A DNA stretch of 62,444 bases. Origin: a virus. Taxonomy: Duplodnaviria; Caudoviricetes. Each line of letters starts with the position of its first letter. Position 1 is the first letter of the stretch. This document shows, piece by piece, positions 7,626 through 15,619 of the stretch. Under the pieces are notes generated by a model. It was not told the DNA's origin. It searched no databases and saw only the letters and a program-made list of their open reading frames with translations. The stretch spans positions 1 through 62,444 of IMG/VR virus record IMGVR_UViG_3300042503_001282; one strand, given 5' to 3'. The translations under genes were made by a program, and so were the position numbers.

Positions 7626-7739
7626 ATGAACTCAGTGAGTGGAGTCGTATACCTCAGAGAGTCGCCTGATCTCTCGTTGGACGTATTACTTTCCGAGGGC
7701 ATCGAGGGTATAATTGAAGAGAACGATGAGGACTATTAG
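7626..7739 (+). CDS. small acidic peptide (37 aa, not in ORF track)
   Basis: fills the gap between neighbours with 1-nt spacing on each side. Confidence 0.4.
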   Translation: MNSVSGVVYLRESPDLSLDVLLSEGIEGIIEENDEDY

Positions 7740-7740
7740 T

Positions 7741-7965
7741 ATGGACATGTGGAACTTAGAGGGTCACAAAATCGAGGGTAAATATCACGGGGTTCCTTTC
7801 CGTGGTACGGTAATCAGTAGCCGGTCAGCATACGGTCGGTATCCTGCAATAATACATTTCATTGAACTTGAGAAGTCGATCACCGTATATGGCGAGCCTC
7901 GCCAATCACTCGTAGTGAAGACCGATGATGAGCCAGATATTTCAGAATTTGTTGTAGTAGAATAA
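7741..7965 (+). CDS. hypothetical protein
   Basis: WNLEGHKIEGKYHGVPFRGTVISSR; GAGG SD; start adjusted. Confidence 0.7.
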   Translation: MDMWNLEGHKIEGKYHGVPFRGTVISSRSAYGRYPAIIHFIELEKSITVYGEPRQSLVVKTDDEPDISEFVVVE

Positions 7966-7983
7966 CACGAAGGAAATGCAATA

Positions 7984-8160
7984 ATGGATAAATACAGAGC
8001 CGTCGCCATTGTAGAAGGATTTGAAGAACCGATCAGCCAAGACGAATTTCTCGCCGCGGCGCAGTATCTCGTCGATTCGGGTTTAGCATGGAGTCTACAA
8101 GGATTCTTCGGTAGAGTTTGTAAAGACCTGATTGACCAGGGGCTTATCGAGGACCGTTAA
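7984..8160 (+). CDS. small conserved-type phage protein (58 aa, not in ORF track)
   Basis: AAGGA SD; QYLVDSGLAWSLQGFFGR motif. Confidence 0.7.
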   Translation: MDKYRAVAIVEGFEEPISQDEFLAAAQYLVDSGLAWSLQGFFGRVCKDLIDQGLIEDR

Positions 8161-8420
8161 TGCATCCACTCATACTAGACGCACTTTCAAAGGGCAAAGA
8201 TCGTGTCGCAGGAAGAATCAACCACGTTTCGATGCTTGATGATATTCGTGCGGTAGTATTGCTCGACACAAAACAAGAGATACACATCCACGTGAAACCA
8301 GGACAGTACGAACGACTCCAAGGTGGGTTGCTTGAAGAAGCGATCTTCATCGGCAAGTTTGATCTCGAAGTCCTTCAGTGTACCACGGTGATTTTTAACA
8401 AACGTCCGACTAACCAATAA
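8160..8420 (+). CDS. hypothetical protein, paralog of 8431..8718
   Basis: GAGG SD; shares LLE-x2-F...CT-x2-F-x-K-x-P with the next ORF. Confidence 0.7.
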   Translation: MHPLILDALSKGKDRVAGRINHVSMLDDIRAVVLLDTKQEIHIHVKPGQYERLQGGLLEEAIFIGKFDLEVLQCTTVIFNKRPTNQ

Positions 8421-8430
8421 AGTATATACT

Positions 8431-8718
8431 ATGAAAACAGTTGAAGATGTAGCAAACCAATACCCAGGCGACTATACACTTGCAGCGCCGATCACGAAAA
8501 TTGAGGTCGTATCGAAGACCCTCGATGGTGGATTCCATGTAGACCTCACCCTTACCACAGGTGAGATCATTGAGGCAGCAGTGCCTGCTGAAAAGCTTGC
8601 TATGCTCCGCGAGAGGCTACTTGAAGATGTGCTTTTTGTTGTGAAGCCACTCACAGAATCGAATAGATATGAGTGTACGTGTATGGTATTTGGCAAAGCA
8701 CCGGAGTTTAAGCACTAA
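8431..8718 (+). CDS. hypothetical protein, paralog of 8160..8420
   Basis: 95-aa ORF alignable by eye to the preceding ORF. Confidence 0.7.
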   Translation: MKTVEDVANQYPGDYTLAAPITKIEVVSKTLDGGFHVDLTLTTGEIIEAAVPAEKLAMLRERLLEDVLFVVKPLTESNRYECTCMVFGKAPEFKH

Positions 8719-8721
8719 AAT

Positions 8722-8940
8722 ATGTGTCCAAATAAGAAACTAAAATTGTTCGAGTTGACGAATCGCTACAGATTCGCATTCTACCTGTTTGGAACCCCAG
8801 ACACAGGATACAACAGAATGCGCCTTGCTTCGTTCATCTCAACGAAAAAGCCCAGAGAGTACGAGCTGTTCATCGAAGACGATCAGAAAGTGTTAGTATT
8901 CTGGAATCCATATGATAAAGCTGAAGTCAAACAAAGCTAA
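8722..8940 (+). CDS. hypothetical protein
   Basis: 72-aa ORF in operon packing. Confidence 0.6.
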   Translation: MCPNKKLKLFELTNRYRFAFYLFGTPDTGYNRMRLASFISTKKPREYELFIEDDQKVLVFWNPYDKAEVKQS

Positions 8941-9124
8941 GTGTCTCGTTTGCAACACCATTGTCGAGAGTAAGCACCGCCGTGATTTTTGTTGGTGCGA
9001 GTGTGGTGCCATGTACGTCGATGGAGGACTCGATTATCTCAGACGTGGCGGCAAAGATCTCTCACAGATCGAAGACCTGTCAGAGTATGAAGAGGTCGAA
9101 GATCAGCAGCAGACCACTAAATAA
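8912..9124 (+). CDS. small Zn-ribbon phage protein
   Basis: CLVC...ESKHRRDFCWCECGAMYVDGGLDYLRR. Confidence 0.75.
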   Translation: MIKLKSNKAKCLVCNTIVESKHRRDFCWCECGAMYVDGGLDYLRRGGKDLSQIEDLSEYEEVEDQQQTTK

Positions 9125-9129
9125 CCTAC

Positions 9130-9414
9130 ATGTCGATCATTTCCACACTGAAAGAAGTAGTATTCAAAGAGACCGCAGATGCAGGGAAAGTTTCCATCAT
9201 CATGTGGAACGATGAGCAGCAACACTCCGGTACAGCATCAATACTCGTGCCAGTTGCAGCGTATGACAGAGCGCCGTACAGAGCAGCACTCAGAGCAATT
9301 AACATCAAGATTCCACAAGCCAAAAAGGTGTTAGCCGTCAAAGCCATGCCAGGCGTGGTAAAATACCCCACAGCTAACTACTACCTAGTGAGAGCAGACT
9401 TCATCACTAAATAG
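9130..9414 (+). CDS. hypothetical protein, possible internal head protein
   Basis: CTAAATA box 6 nt before ATG; N-terminal LKE/FKE motifs. Confidence 0.6.
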   Translation: MSIISTLKEVVFKETADAGKVSIIMWNDEQQHSGTASILVPVAAYDRAPYRAALRAINIKIPQAKKVLAVKAMPGVVKYPTANYYLVRADFITK

Positions 9415-9418
9415 GTGT

Positions 9419-9976
9419 ATGAATATCAAACAACTCACCCAGTACATCACAAACAAGAGCAAGAAAGTGCAGCCGATCACAGAATCTGCCGAGTATACGG
9501 TAGTGAAAAGCTTAGTGATTCCACATTCCCTCACCCATACAGGCATTGCCGGTACCACCAAGACAATACAGAACCCCGATGGCGGCAAGACAGCAGTCCT
9601 GTTAAAATTCAAAGACGGCAAGATCACAACAGGTGTGGGTAAGACAAAAGAAGAAGCGATTGCTCAAGCCGTAGAAGCCAAAGCCGCGATCTTCAAAGAA
9701 GAAAACATTACAGAAGCAAAGTATCCTGTCCTCCACGATACACTTCACTCAGCAGTACAGACAGCACTCGCCTACACTAAGAAAGACGGCTACACCATTA
9801 GTGACGAAGAAGAATTCAACAAGATCACCACAGCATACAAGAATCTAGGCATTGGGAAAACAGACGAGTTCCACCTTGAACTATACAAGAATGGTAAGCC
9901 ACAGAGTAAGATGTTACACATTCAAGTATACCGCATGGACACAGGACGCTACGAACTCAATTTCTACGTAGCCTAA
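9419..9976 (+). CDS. putative internal head polyprotein
   Basis: CTAAATA box 5 nt before ATG; two domains each preceded by ITE (QPITE-S, ENITE-A), the gp21 cleavage consensus. Confidence 0.65.
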   Translation: MNIKQLTQYITNKSKKVQPITESAEYTVVKSLVIPHSLTHTGIAGTTKTIQNPDGGKTAVLLKFKDGKITTGVGKTKEEAIAQAVEAKAAIFKEENITEAKYPVLHDTLHSAVQTALAYTKKDGYTISDEEEFNKITTAYKNLGIGKTDEFHLELYKNGKPQSKMLHIQVYRMDTGRYELNFYVA

Positions 9977-9977
9977 T

Positions 9978-10286
9978 ATGGACATCAACCTCTTCCGTAA
10001 ATCATTAGCTAGTAAACAAAAGCTCCTCACTGAGAGCCACCCAGAGCTACAGAGCCTTGCACACCGAGTGGCTGAACTGCCACACAAAGGACCATCGAGA
10101 GACAAAATATTAGCAGAGATCGACCAAATATGGAGCGATTTAGACTATATACCGAGCCTTTCATCAATTACGAAACGCCGCATTCAATCCAATCTCGATG
10201 AACTTACTGATGCGATTAAAGCAAATGAGTATAGTGATGCCGATATCCTTCGAAACACAATCGTGAAAGACTTGCTCAAGGCGTAG
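9978..10286 (+). CDS. hypothetical protein, possible internal head protein
   Basis: basic leader ending in KLLTE-S; coupled to the previous gene. Confidence 0.6.
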   Translation: MDINLFRKSLASKQKLLTESHPELQSLAHRVAELPHKGPSRDKILAEIDQIWSDLDYIPSLSSITKRRIQSNLDELTDAIKANEYSDADILRNTIVKDLLKA

Positions 10287-10466
10287 TAGTCCACAAACAG
10301 GCACTTGTTTGTAAAAGTGGTTTTATAGGAAAAGGAAGGACTGAACAATCATTTTATAGCGTAACTTCCAAGCTCGCCTACTGATTTACCCTCAGAGTCC
10401 TTTCCAGATTTCGCTCCAAAAAATTCTCGTCCACAATTTTTTTACCCCTGAGCCTTTCTTATTCGT

Positions 10467-10496
10467 TTGACAAAAGAAAGCAAGATGCTATATTCT
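10467..10496 (+). promoter_or_regulatory. sigma70-type promoter, probably leaderless
   Basis: TTGACA-N18-TATTCT (or N16-TATATT); ATG at 10503, no SD. Confidence 0.6.
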
Positions 10497-10502
10497 TACA
10501 TT

Positions 10503-10727
10503 ATGACAGACACAGTTGCAGTACCGATGAAGACACGAGACGTGAACGAGATGAAAGAGCGCAGAGACCTGTTCAAGCAAGTCGCAATAACCGTTCTATC
10601 ATCACGAACCGCACTTGCAGTAACAGCAGATGCGAACGGTCCGAAGGTCAGTGATCATTTTATAGAGACGGTCACGCTCCTCACGAATGGAATCATTGAC
10701 GCAGCAACAAAATTTGGAGAAAAATAG
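10503..10727 (+). CDS. hypothetical protein
   Basis: start adjusted to the ATG downstream of the promoter. Confidence 0.65.
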   Translation: MTDTVAVPMKTRDVNEMKERRDLFKQVAITVLSSRTALAVTADANGPKVSDHFIETVTLLTNGIIDAATKFGEK

Positions 10728-10730
10728 CAA

Positions 10731-10913
10731 ATGGCACGCATAGTAGCAGCAGTAAAAGCAGTAGTAGCAAAAATTCGCTCGATTGTTGAGCGAGTACGAC
10801 CGACGAAACATGCCGGGTGTGGTAAGGTTGTGTGTATCAAGAGCGCAAAGAAGAGCAAAACAGCTAAAAAGACTGCAAAACCACGAAAAGTAGCGAAAAA
10901 GTCGAGAAAGTAG
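10731..10913 (+). CDS. histone H1-like basic protein
   Basis: C-terminus KSAKKSKTAKKTAKPRKVAKKSRK; GGAG SD. Confidence 0.65.
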   Translation: MARIVAAVKAVVAKIRSIVERVRPTKHAGCGKVVCIKSAKKSKTAKKTAKPRKVAKKSRK

Positions 10914-10942
10914 CGGTTTTCGCTCGTTTTTCTCAAGATTTC

Positions 10943-10962
10943 GTCCTCCTTTCGAGGAGGAC
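10943..10962. terminator. perfect hairpin with TTCG loop
   Basis: GTCCTCCT-TTCG-AGGAGGAC; no adjacent U-tract on the + strand. Confidence 0.45.
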
Positions 10963-10975
10963 ACAAAACTCACAC

Positions 10976-11062
10976 TTTTTCAGAGTTTTGAGCATTTTTG
11001 ACCATTTTCGGTAGATTTCGGTAAAATTCGGTACTTTTGACCAAACTAGCACAAAATAGCAC
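10976..11062. repeat. 10-bp-phased T-tract/TTCGGTA array
   Basis: cagagttttg/agcatttttg/accattttcg/gtagatttcg/gtaaaattcg/gtacttttga, then TAGCAC twice 10 bp apart. Confidence 0.7.
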
Positions 11063-11066
11063 TTCC

Positions 11067-11507
11067 ATGAGTTTCACGTACAGCACCAAAGAATTGCAGA
11101 ATTTAGAGCAAATGCTTGAAAAGAAGCTTTTTGACCTCAAAGTAGCACAACAGGGTGCGAAGACGCCTCCTGGTGAATTTGATGAATTGAGCTTAACGAC
11201 CAATATTCTCAAATTTGTGCAGTACTTGGTGAATCGAGAGCTTTCTCAGATGGGCTTCTGGAGACAGTCGCCTCTTTCAGACCCGCCATATACGTATGGG
11301 TATGGTAGTGTGACGAGTACAGGTGGTGCAGTCATGCCGAGTGTGAGCGATACTTCTACGATCTGTGAGAATTGCAGACAGTTGAACCCAACTCACACCC
11401 ATTGTGTACATAAAGTGGTAAGTGCTGACTTTGAAGCGCACGATCTCGGTGACTGCGATTTTGGAAGTACTATCGGGCAGAACAAAGCGATCAAAAGTGA
11501 AACGTGA
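11067..11507 (+). CDS. hypothetical protein
   Basis: ORF 11037..11507, start adjusted; CxxC...HxHC near the C-terminus. Confidence 0.55.
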   Translation: MSFTYSTKELQNLEQMLEKKLFDLKVAQQGAKTPPGEFDELSLTTNILKFVQYLVNRELSQMGFWRQSPLSDPPYTYGYGSVTSTGGAVMPSVSDTSTICENCRQLNPTHTHCVHKVVSADFEAHDLGDCDFGSTIGQNKAIKSET

Positions 11508-11561
11508 CGAAATGGATTTGGATTGATAATCGAAACTAACTAAGCGAAAAAGAGAGAACCC

Positions 11562-11939
11562 ATGAAACTTCGTGTACCACAACAGATGCTAGAGCAGATA
11601 CGAGCGACGATTATTAACAAACGTGCAGAGATACAACACAATCGTGAACATCGAAAGCAGCTCATACGTGATATTCGAACCTTGAAGCACAACATCAAAG
11701 CTGGCGAGAACTTGTGCTCGAAACTCGAAGTCGGTTTGGTGTGTGATGTTGCATACCTTCGTGCTGATCTGAAGAATAAACGAGATACCCTTGCAACCAT
11801 GCGTACCACTCTTCTCGGTGCAGAGATCGACCACAGTATTTCAAAAGCTATGTGTCGAGTATTGCATGAACAGTTAGACAGACTGAATGCGCCGTTTGAT
11901 CCATCACGAGCAACATCAGCAGGAAGATCACGGAGCTAG
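11562..11939 (+). CDS. hypothetical coiled-coil protein
   Basis: 125-aa ORF. Confidence 0.65.
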   Translation: MKLRVPQQMLEQIRATIINKRAEIQHNREHRKQLIRDIRTLKHNIKAGENLCSKLEVGLVCDVAYLRADLKNKRDTLATMRTTLLGAEIDHSISKAMCRVLHEQLDRLNAPFDPSRATSAGRSRS

Positions 11940-12340
11940 TGTCACCTATGTTTCGAATGCATGAATGGAACCCACACGATATGTCTAGTGCAATTCGCAT
12001 TGAGAATGAGCCGAAGGTTACGTTTGCAGCTAAAGACAATGTTGAAGTGTTCGTGTTGACCTCATCGGGTATGCTTTTTAATCGAGAGTTGTTTCCACAC
12101 GATTCGTATCAACAAGCAGCGAAGCGAACCTTTCTTGTGATTGACAGCATACTACGAGACACCCTGACTGATAATAGTCGCACGTTCAACTTCCGGCTCA
12201 AAGAGTGGAGAGAGTTCCCAATCAGAAATTTTGAAATTGCAGCATCAGGTGTGATCACTCATAACTACGAGGTCGATACCTGGCACTGGTGGTTCTTAGA
12301 AGCTCTCGGCAAACTCGTTCGTGAAAAATACCATACATAA
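11939..12340 (+). CDS. hypothetical protein
   Basis: 133-aa ORF overlapping the previous stop; start uncertain. Confidence 0.6.
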   Translation: MSPMFRMHEWNPHDMSSAIRIENEPKVTFAAKDNVEVFVLTSSGMLFNRELFPHDSYQQAAKRTFLVIDSILRDTLTDNSRTFNFRLKEWREFPIRNFEIAASGVITHNYEVDTWHWWFLEALGKLVREKYHT

Positions 12341-12345
12341 TCACT

Positions 12346-12516
12346 ATGAAGAAACTACTTGTCGCTACCCTCATTTACATCGCATTTGGACTCGGCTCAC
12401 TACCTGAACAACCACTCACAGGTGGCATGCTCGTCATCAGCATCTTTGATGAGAAACCACAGATTGATCGTAGAATCACCAGAGACGGCGTATACCTATT
12501 CGACGTGGAGATGTAA
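12346..12516 (+). CDS. small signal-peptide/membrane protein (56 aa, not in ORF track)
   Basis: MKKLLVATLIYIAFGLGS. Confidence 0.5.
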   Translation: MKKLLVATLIYIAFGLGSLPEQPLTGGMLVISIFDEKPQIDRRITRDGVYLFDVEM

Positions 12517-12520
12517 CCGT

Positions 12521-12805
12521 ATGTCAGACCCTATCGACATCAAGTCTATTCTCAATGAGTACCTATCAGAAGACGACGACTTTGGCTTTTCAGCAGTCAG
12601 TGAAGAAGAGTACAACAAGGTCGTTACCGATTCTGAGCAGACTGTTGAGAACTACAAAGAAAAGCTTGCAGAGGTTGAAAAGCTGATTGTGCCGTTTTTG
12701 GTGAAGTTACTCAAGACAGCAGACAAAGAGTACATTTACTGGCCGAACAGAAAACCAGCCATTGAGAAGCAGATTGAGAAAGTGATCAAGTTGACCCGAA
12801 GCTAA
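12521..12805 (+). CDS. conserved-type T4-like phage hypothetical protein
   Basis: DDFGFSAVSEEE...PFLVKL...YIYWPNR; start adjusted to 12521. Confidence 0.75.
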   Translation: MSDPIDIKSILNEYLSEDDDFGFSAVSEEEYNKVVTDSEQTVENYKEKLAEVEKLIVPFLVKLLKTADKEYIYWPNRKPAIEKQIEKVIKLTRS

Positions 12806-12819
12806 CCAGGAACCATATC

Positions 12820-13038
12820 ATGACAAAAACCAAAAAGAGCGAATCCAAAGGTAGTCAAGCAACCGAAGAGATGCTGAAGCTTGTGGAAGAAATTAAAGAG
12901 CTAGTACTCGTTAGGTCAGCACTAGGGTATGGAACAGGTACAGGTGTGCGTAAAACCGCAGAAAGTACCATATCTCGTGCTATATCAGCTAGGGTAGACG
13001 ACCTGTCCAAGTTGATTGTAGACGATATAGACGCATAG
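12820..13038 (+). CDS. hypothetical protein
   Basis: 72 aa, AGGA SD. Confidence 0.65.
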   Translation: MTKTKKSESKGSQATEEMLKLVEEIKELVLVRSALGYGTGTGVRKTAESTISRAISARVDDLSKLIVDDIDA

Positions 13039-13044
13039 CCAAAA

Positions 13045-13099
13045 ATACGAAAATCTCGTATAACAAATATCTTTGCACAAGCTCCAAACGTGCTATACT
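13045..13099 (+). promoter_or_regulatory. extended -10 promoter with upstream palindrome
   Basis: ATACGA-N5-TCGTAT at 13045-13061; TGcTATACT at 13091-13099. Confidence 0.55.
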
Positions 13100-13137
13100 C
13101 AGAATGAGTGTGTTACTTAATTATTTGGAGACTTGTT

Positions 13138-14922
13138 ATGAATAAGGTTGTATCGATTGTTCTTGCTACAGTGTGTTTGTCTGCTTCGCTTGCGACAGCG
13201 CAAGAGAAACGTGCGTTTGATGGTGTCATTCTTTCGAGCACAAAAAAGCTCGATGAGAGTATCGTCAAGTTCATCGCACTGAGGCGTGAAAAGCTATCAC
13301 CCACAAGTGTTCACTACGTTGACGTTCGCAGTGATGGAACTGCAAAGCAATATAGTAGAAGCTCTTCTCTATGTCGAAGGGCAAATATTCGCAGAATTCA
13401 AAAATCATCTGGTGGTATGGTTCGATGCTCACCGAATTTTGAGGTGCGAACAACCGAAGAACCAAACGACCAATACTACAGTCAGCAGTATTCACACCGA
13501 TTAATGTCGATGTCATATGCGTGGGATAAGCAGAAAGGAAACTCAGAACTTCTCGCTCTCGTCATCGACACTGGTATTGATGTCAACCACCCAGACTTGA
13601 AAGAGAATGTGTGGGTTAATCCAAGTGAGATACCCAACAACAATATCGACGATGACAAAAACGGATTCATCGATGATGTCAACGGCATAAACGCTATCAC
13701 CAATGTTGGTAGTGGTATTGACGATAACGGACATGGCACTCACGTTGCTGGTATCATTGGCGCAGACACTAACAACTACATGGGTGTTGCTGGTGTTGCT
13801 CAGACGGTCAAGTTGGTGAGTCTGAAATTTCTCTCTGCAACTGGATCTGGCAGTACCGCAAATGCAATCAAAGCAATCAACTACGGAATACAACTCAAGA
13901 ATGTTGGTCATAATGTTGTCGTCATGAACAACTCGTATGGTTCGACGATATTCTCGCAGCCATTTCTTGATGCAATTCGTCGTGCACGAGACAAAGATAT
14001 TCTATTCGTCGCAGCAGCAGGTAACAGTAGCGTGAATACAGACGTGAAGCCGTTCTACCCTGCGGGGTATGACTCAGCGAATATTATTTCGGTGGGGTCG
14101 GTTGATTCATCAGCATCATATAACTCATTCTCAAACTACGGCGTCTCATCGGTTGATGTAGCAGCGCCAGGTGGTGGCATTCTCAGCACCGTTCTCTACA
14201 ATACCTACAACTACAAGAGTGGCACTTCAATGGCTGCGCCACAAGTCAGTGGTCTTGCAATATTAGCAAAAGCACAATGCAGCACTCTCGATGCACTCAC
14301 AGCTAAATCTCAAATCATGAGCAGTGTCGTTAAGTATTCTGCACTATCAACTAAGGTTGCTTCGGGTGGTGTGGTGAACGGCATAGGACTGATCGACACC
14401 GTAAGTCAGAATTGTTCTAATCAGACAGCAACGCCGACACCTACACCAACAGCCACAATAACAGGCACGCCACAGAACACAGCAGTGCCAACGGCTACAC
14501 CTACGTTCACACCAACACCTACCAGAACGCCGACACCTACACCCACAATAACACCGACGAGCACACCGACACCTTTACCTAAAGCTAGGTTCTTGAAGAG
14601 TGTGTTGATTCCAACTCAGACGGTTGACTTTATTGTGGAGGGTTCGCCAAGAAATTTGGCGACAGTTCAGTTTCGGTTGAAGCTATCTAACAACACACTT
14701 CACTCATGCACGAACATGCCGGTCAATTTGACGAATGGTAGTAGAGCGTACCGTGTCATGTTACCTGATGCTCTGAAGCTTTTCCCAACGGTGAATGTTC
14801 TGTTGAAAGCACCAGGTGTGATTGCGACAAGTTCAGTTGCAGTGAAATCCACAGGCAGCACCATGTCGAGAATACAAGCTAACGCTGCGTGTGCACGACT
14901 GAATGCACAACTTGATTGGTAG
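13138..14922 (+). CDS. secreted S8 subtilisin-like serine protease with Pro/Thr linker
   Basis: signal peptide; triad motifs VIDTG, NGHGTHVAG, SGTSMAAP; oxyanion AAAGN; (TP)n linker ~14425-14580; GGAG SD before ATG 13138. Confidence 0.93.
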   Translation: MNKVVSIVLATVCLSASLATAQEKRAFDGVILSSTKKLDESIVKFIALRREKLSPTSVHYVDVRSDGTAKQYSRSSSLCRRANIRRIQKSSGGMVRCSPNFEVRTTEEPNDQYYSQQYSHRLMSMSYAWDKQKGNSELLALVIDTGIDVNHPDLKENVWVNPSEIPNNNIDDDKNGFIDDVNGINAITNVGSGIDDNGHGTHVAGIIGADTNNYMGVAGVAQTVKLVSLKFLSATGSGSTANAIKAINYGIQLKNVGHNVVVMNNSYGSTIFSQPFLDAIRRARDKDILFVAAAGNSSVNTDVKPFYPAGYDSANIISVGSVDSSASYNSFSNYGVSSVDVAAPGGGILSTVLYNTYNYKSGTSMAAPQVSGLAILAKAQCSTLDALTAKSQIMSSVVKYSALSTKVASGGVVNGIGLIDTVSQNCSNQTATPTPTPTATITGTPQNTAVPTATPTFTPTPTRTPTPTPTITPTSTPTPLPKARFLKSVLIPTQTVDFIVEGSPRNLATVQFRLKLSNNTLHSCTNMPVNLTNGSRAYRVMLPDALKLFPTVNVLLKAPGVIATSSVAVKSTGSTMSRIQANAACARLNAQLDW

Positions 14923-14936
14923 CATAAATTAGAGGT

Positions 14937-15143
14937 ATGCAGGTAAACCGAAGCAGCTTCGAGCTATACAGCACATCTCTGAAGGGTCTAACGAACGAAG
15001 AGCTGGTCAAAGAAATTTGGGCACTCGATGAGCACATCAGTTACCTTGTGTACATAAATGAAGACACGACAAGGTTGCGTGAATTTCTTCGCATAGCAAA
15101 AGAAGAGAAAGAAACACGCATGGTGGCTCAGGGGTACCAATGA
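14937..15143 (+). CDS. hypothetical protein
   Basis: 68-aa ORF. Confidence 0.6.
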   Translation: MQVNRSSFELYSTSLKGLTNEELVKEIWALDEHISYLVYINEDTTRLREFLRIAKEEKETRMVAQGYQ

Positions 15144-15373
15144 CAGACTTTTTGAACACATTCAGGCACGTCAGACACTTTCTTTTCCACCAAGATCCAT
15201 CCAAAATGTGGACTCGATTCCGTTTTTGGCTTGCACTGAAGCTACTACCGAAAGACTTCTCCAATTTCTTTGATATTGTTATTTCCAAATTGGATATGGA
15301 ATACGAAAATTTGGAACCTAAGAAAAGGGAGAAAATTACATCTTTGACCATTGACTTCGAATTCAGGGAATGA
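15140..15373 (+). CDS. hypothetical protein
   Basis: 77 aa, ATGA overlap. Confidence 0.6.
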   Translation: MTDFLNTFRHVRHFLFHQDPSKMWTRFRFWLALKLLPKDFSNFFDIVISKLDMEYENLEPKKREKITSLTIDFEFRE

Positions 15374-15379
15374 TATACT
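15351..15379 (+). promoter_or_regulatory. sigma70-type promoter, probably leaderless
   Basis: TTGACT-N17-TATACT with TG extension; ATG at 15386, no SD. Confidence 0.7.
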
Positions 15380-15385
15380 TTTTAT

Positions 15386-15616
15386 ATGACAAGAAATTCT
15401 CGCTCAAAACAAAACATCGAACGAAAAATTGTTGAGCTGTACATTCGACTCAACAAGCGCAAGACAACCAAGATTGCACGTAGACAAAATCTCAAGAAGC
15501 GACTTGAGTTTTTCAAAGCTCTCTTACAAGAGACGACAGACGCACAAGCAACTGAAGTTCTCGCTGAGACTGATCAATCAGTAACATCTCTCTCAACCAC
15601 CTCTGTTACAGAATAA
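15386..15616 (+). CDS. basic hypothetical protein
   Basis: 76 aa, Arg/Lys-rich N-terminal half. Confidence 0.65.
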   Translation: MTRNSRSKQNIERKIVELYIRLNKRKTTKIARRQNLKKRLEFFKALLQETTDAQATEVLAETDQSVTSLSTTSVTE

Positions 15617-15619
15617 TAA

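Noticed and set aside
12359-12520. N-terminal extension of ORF 12359..12805
   Set aside because: Better explained by a separate ORF at 12346..12516 and a start at 12521
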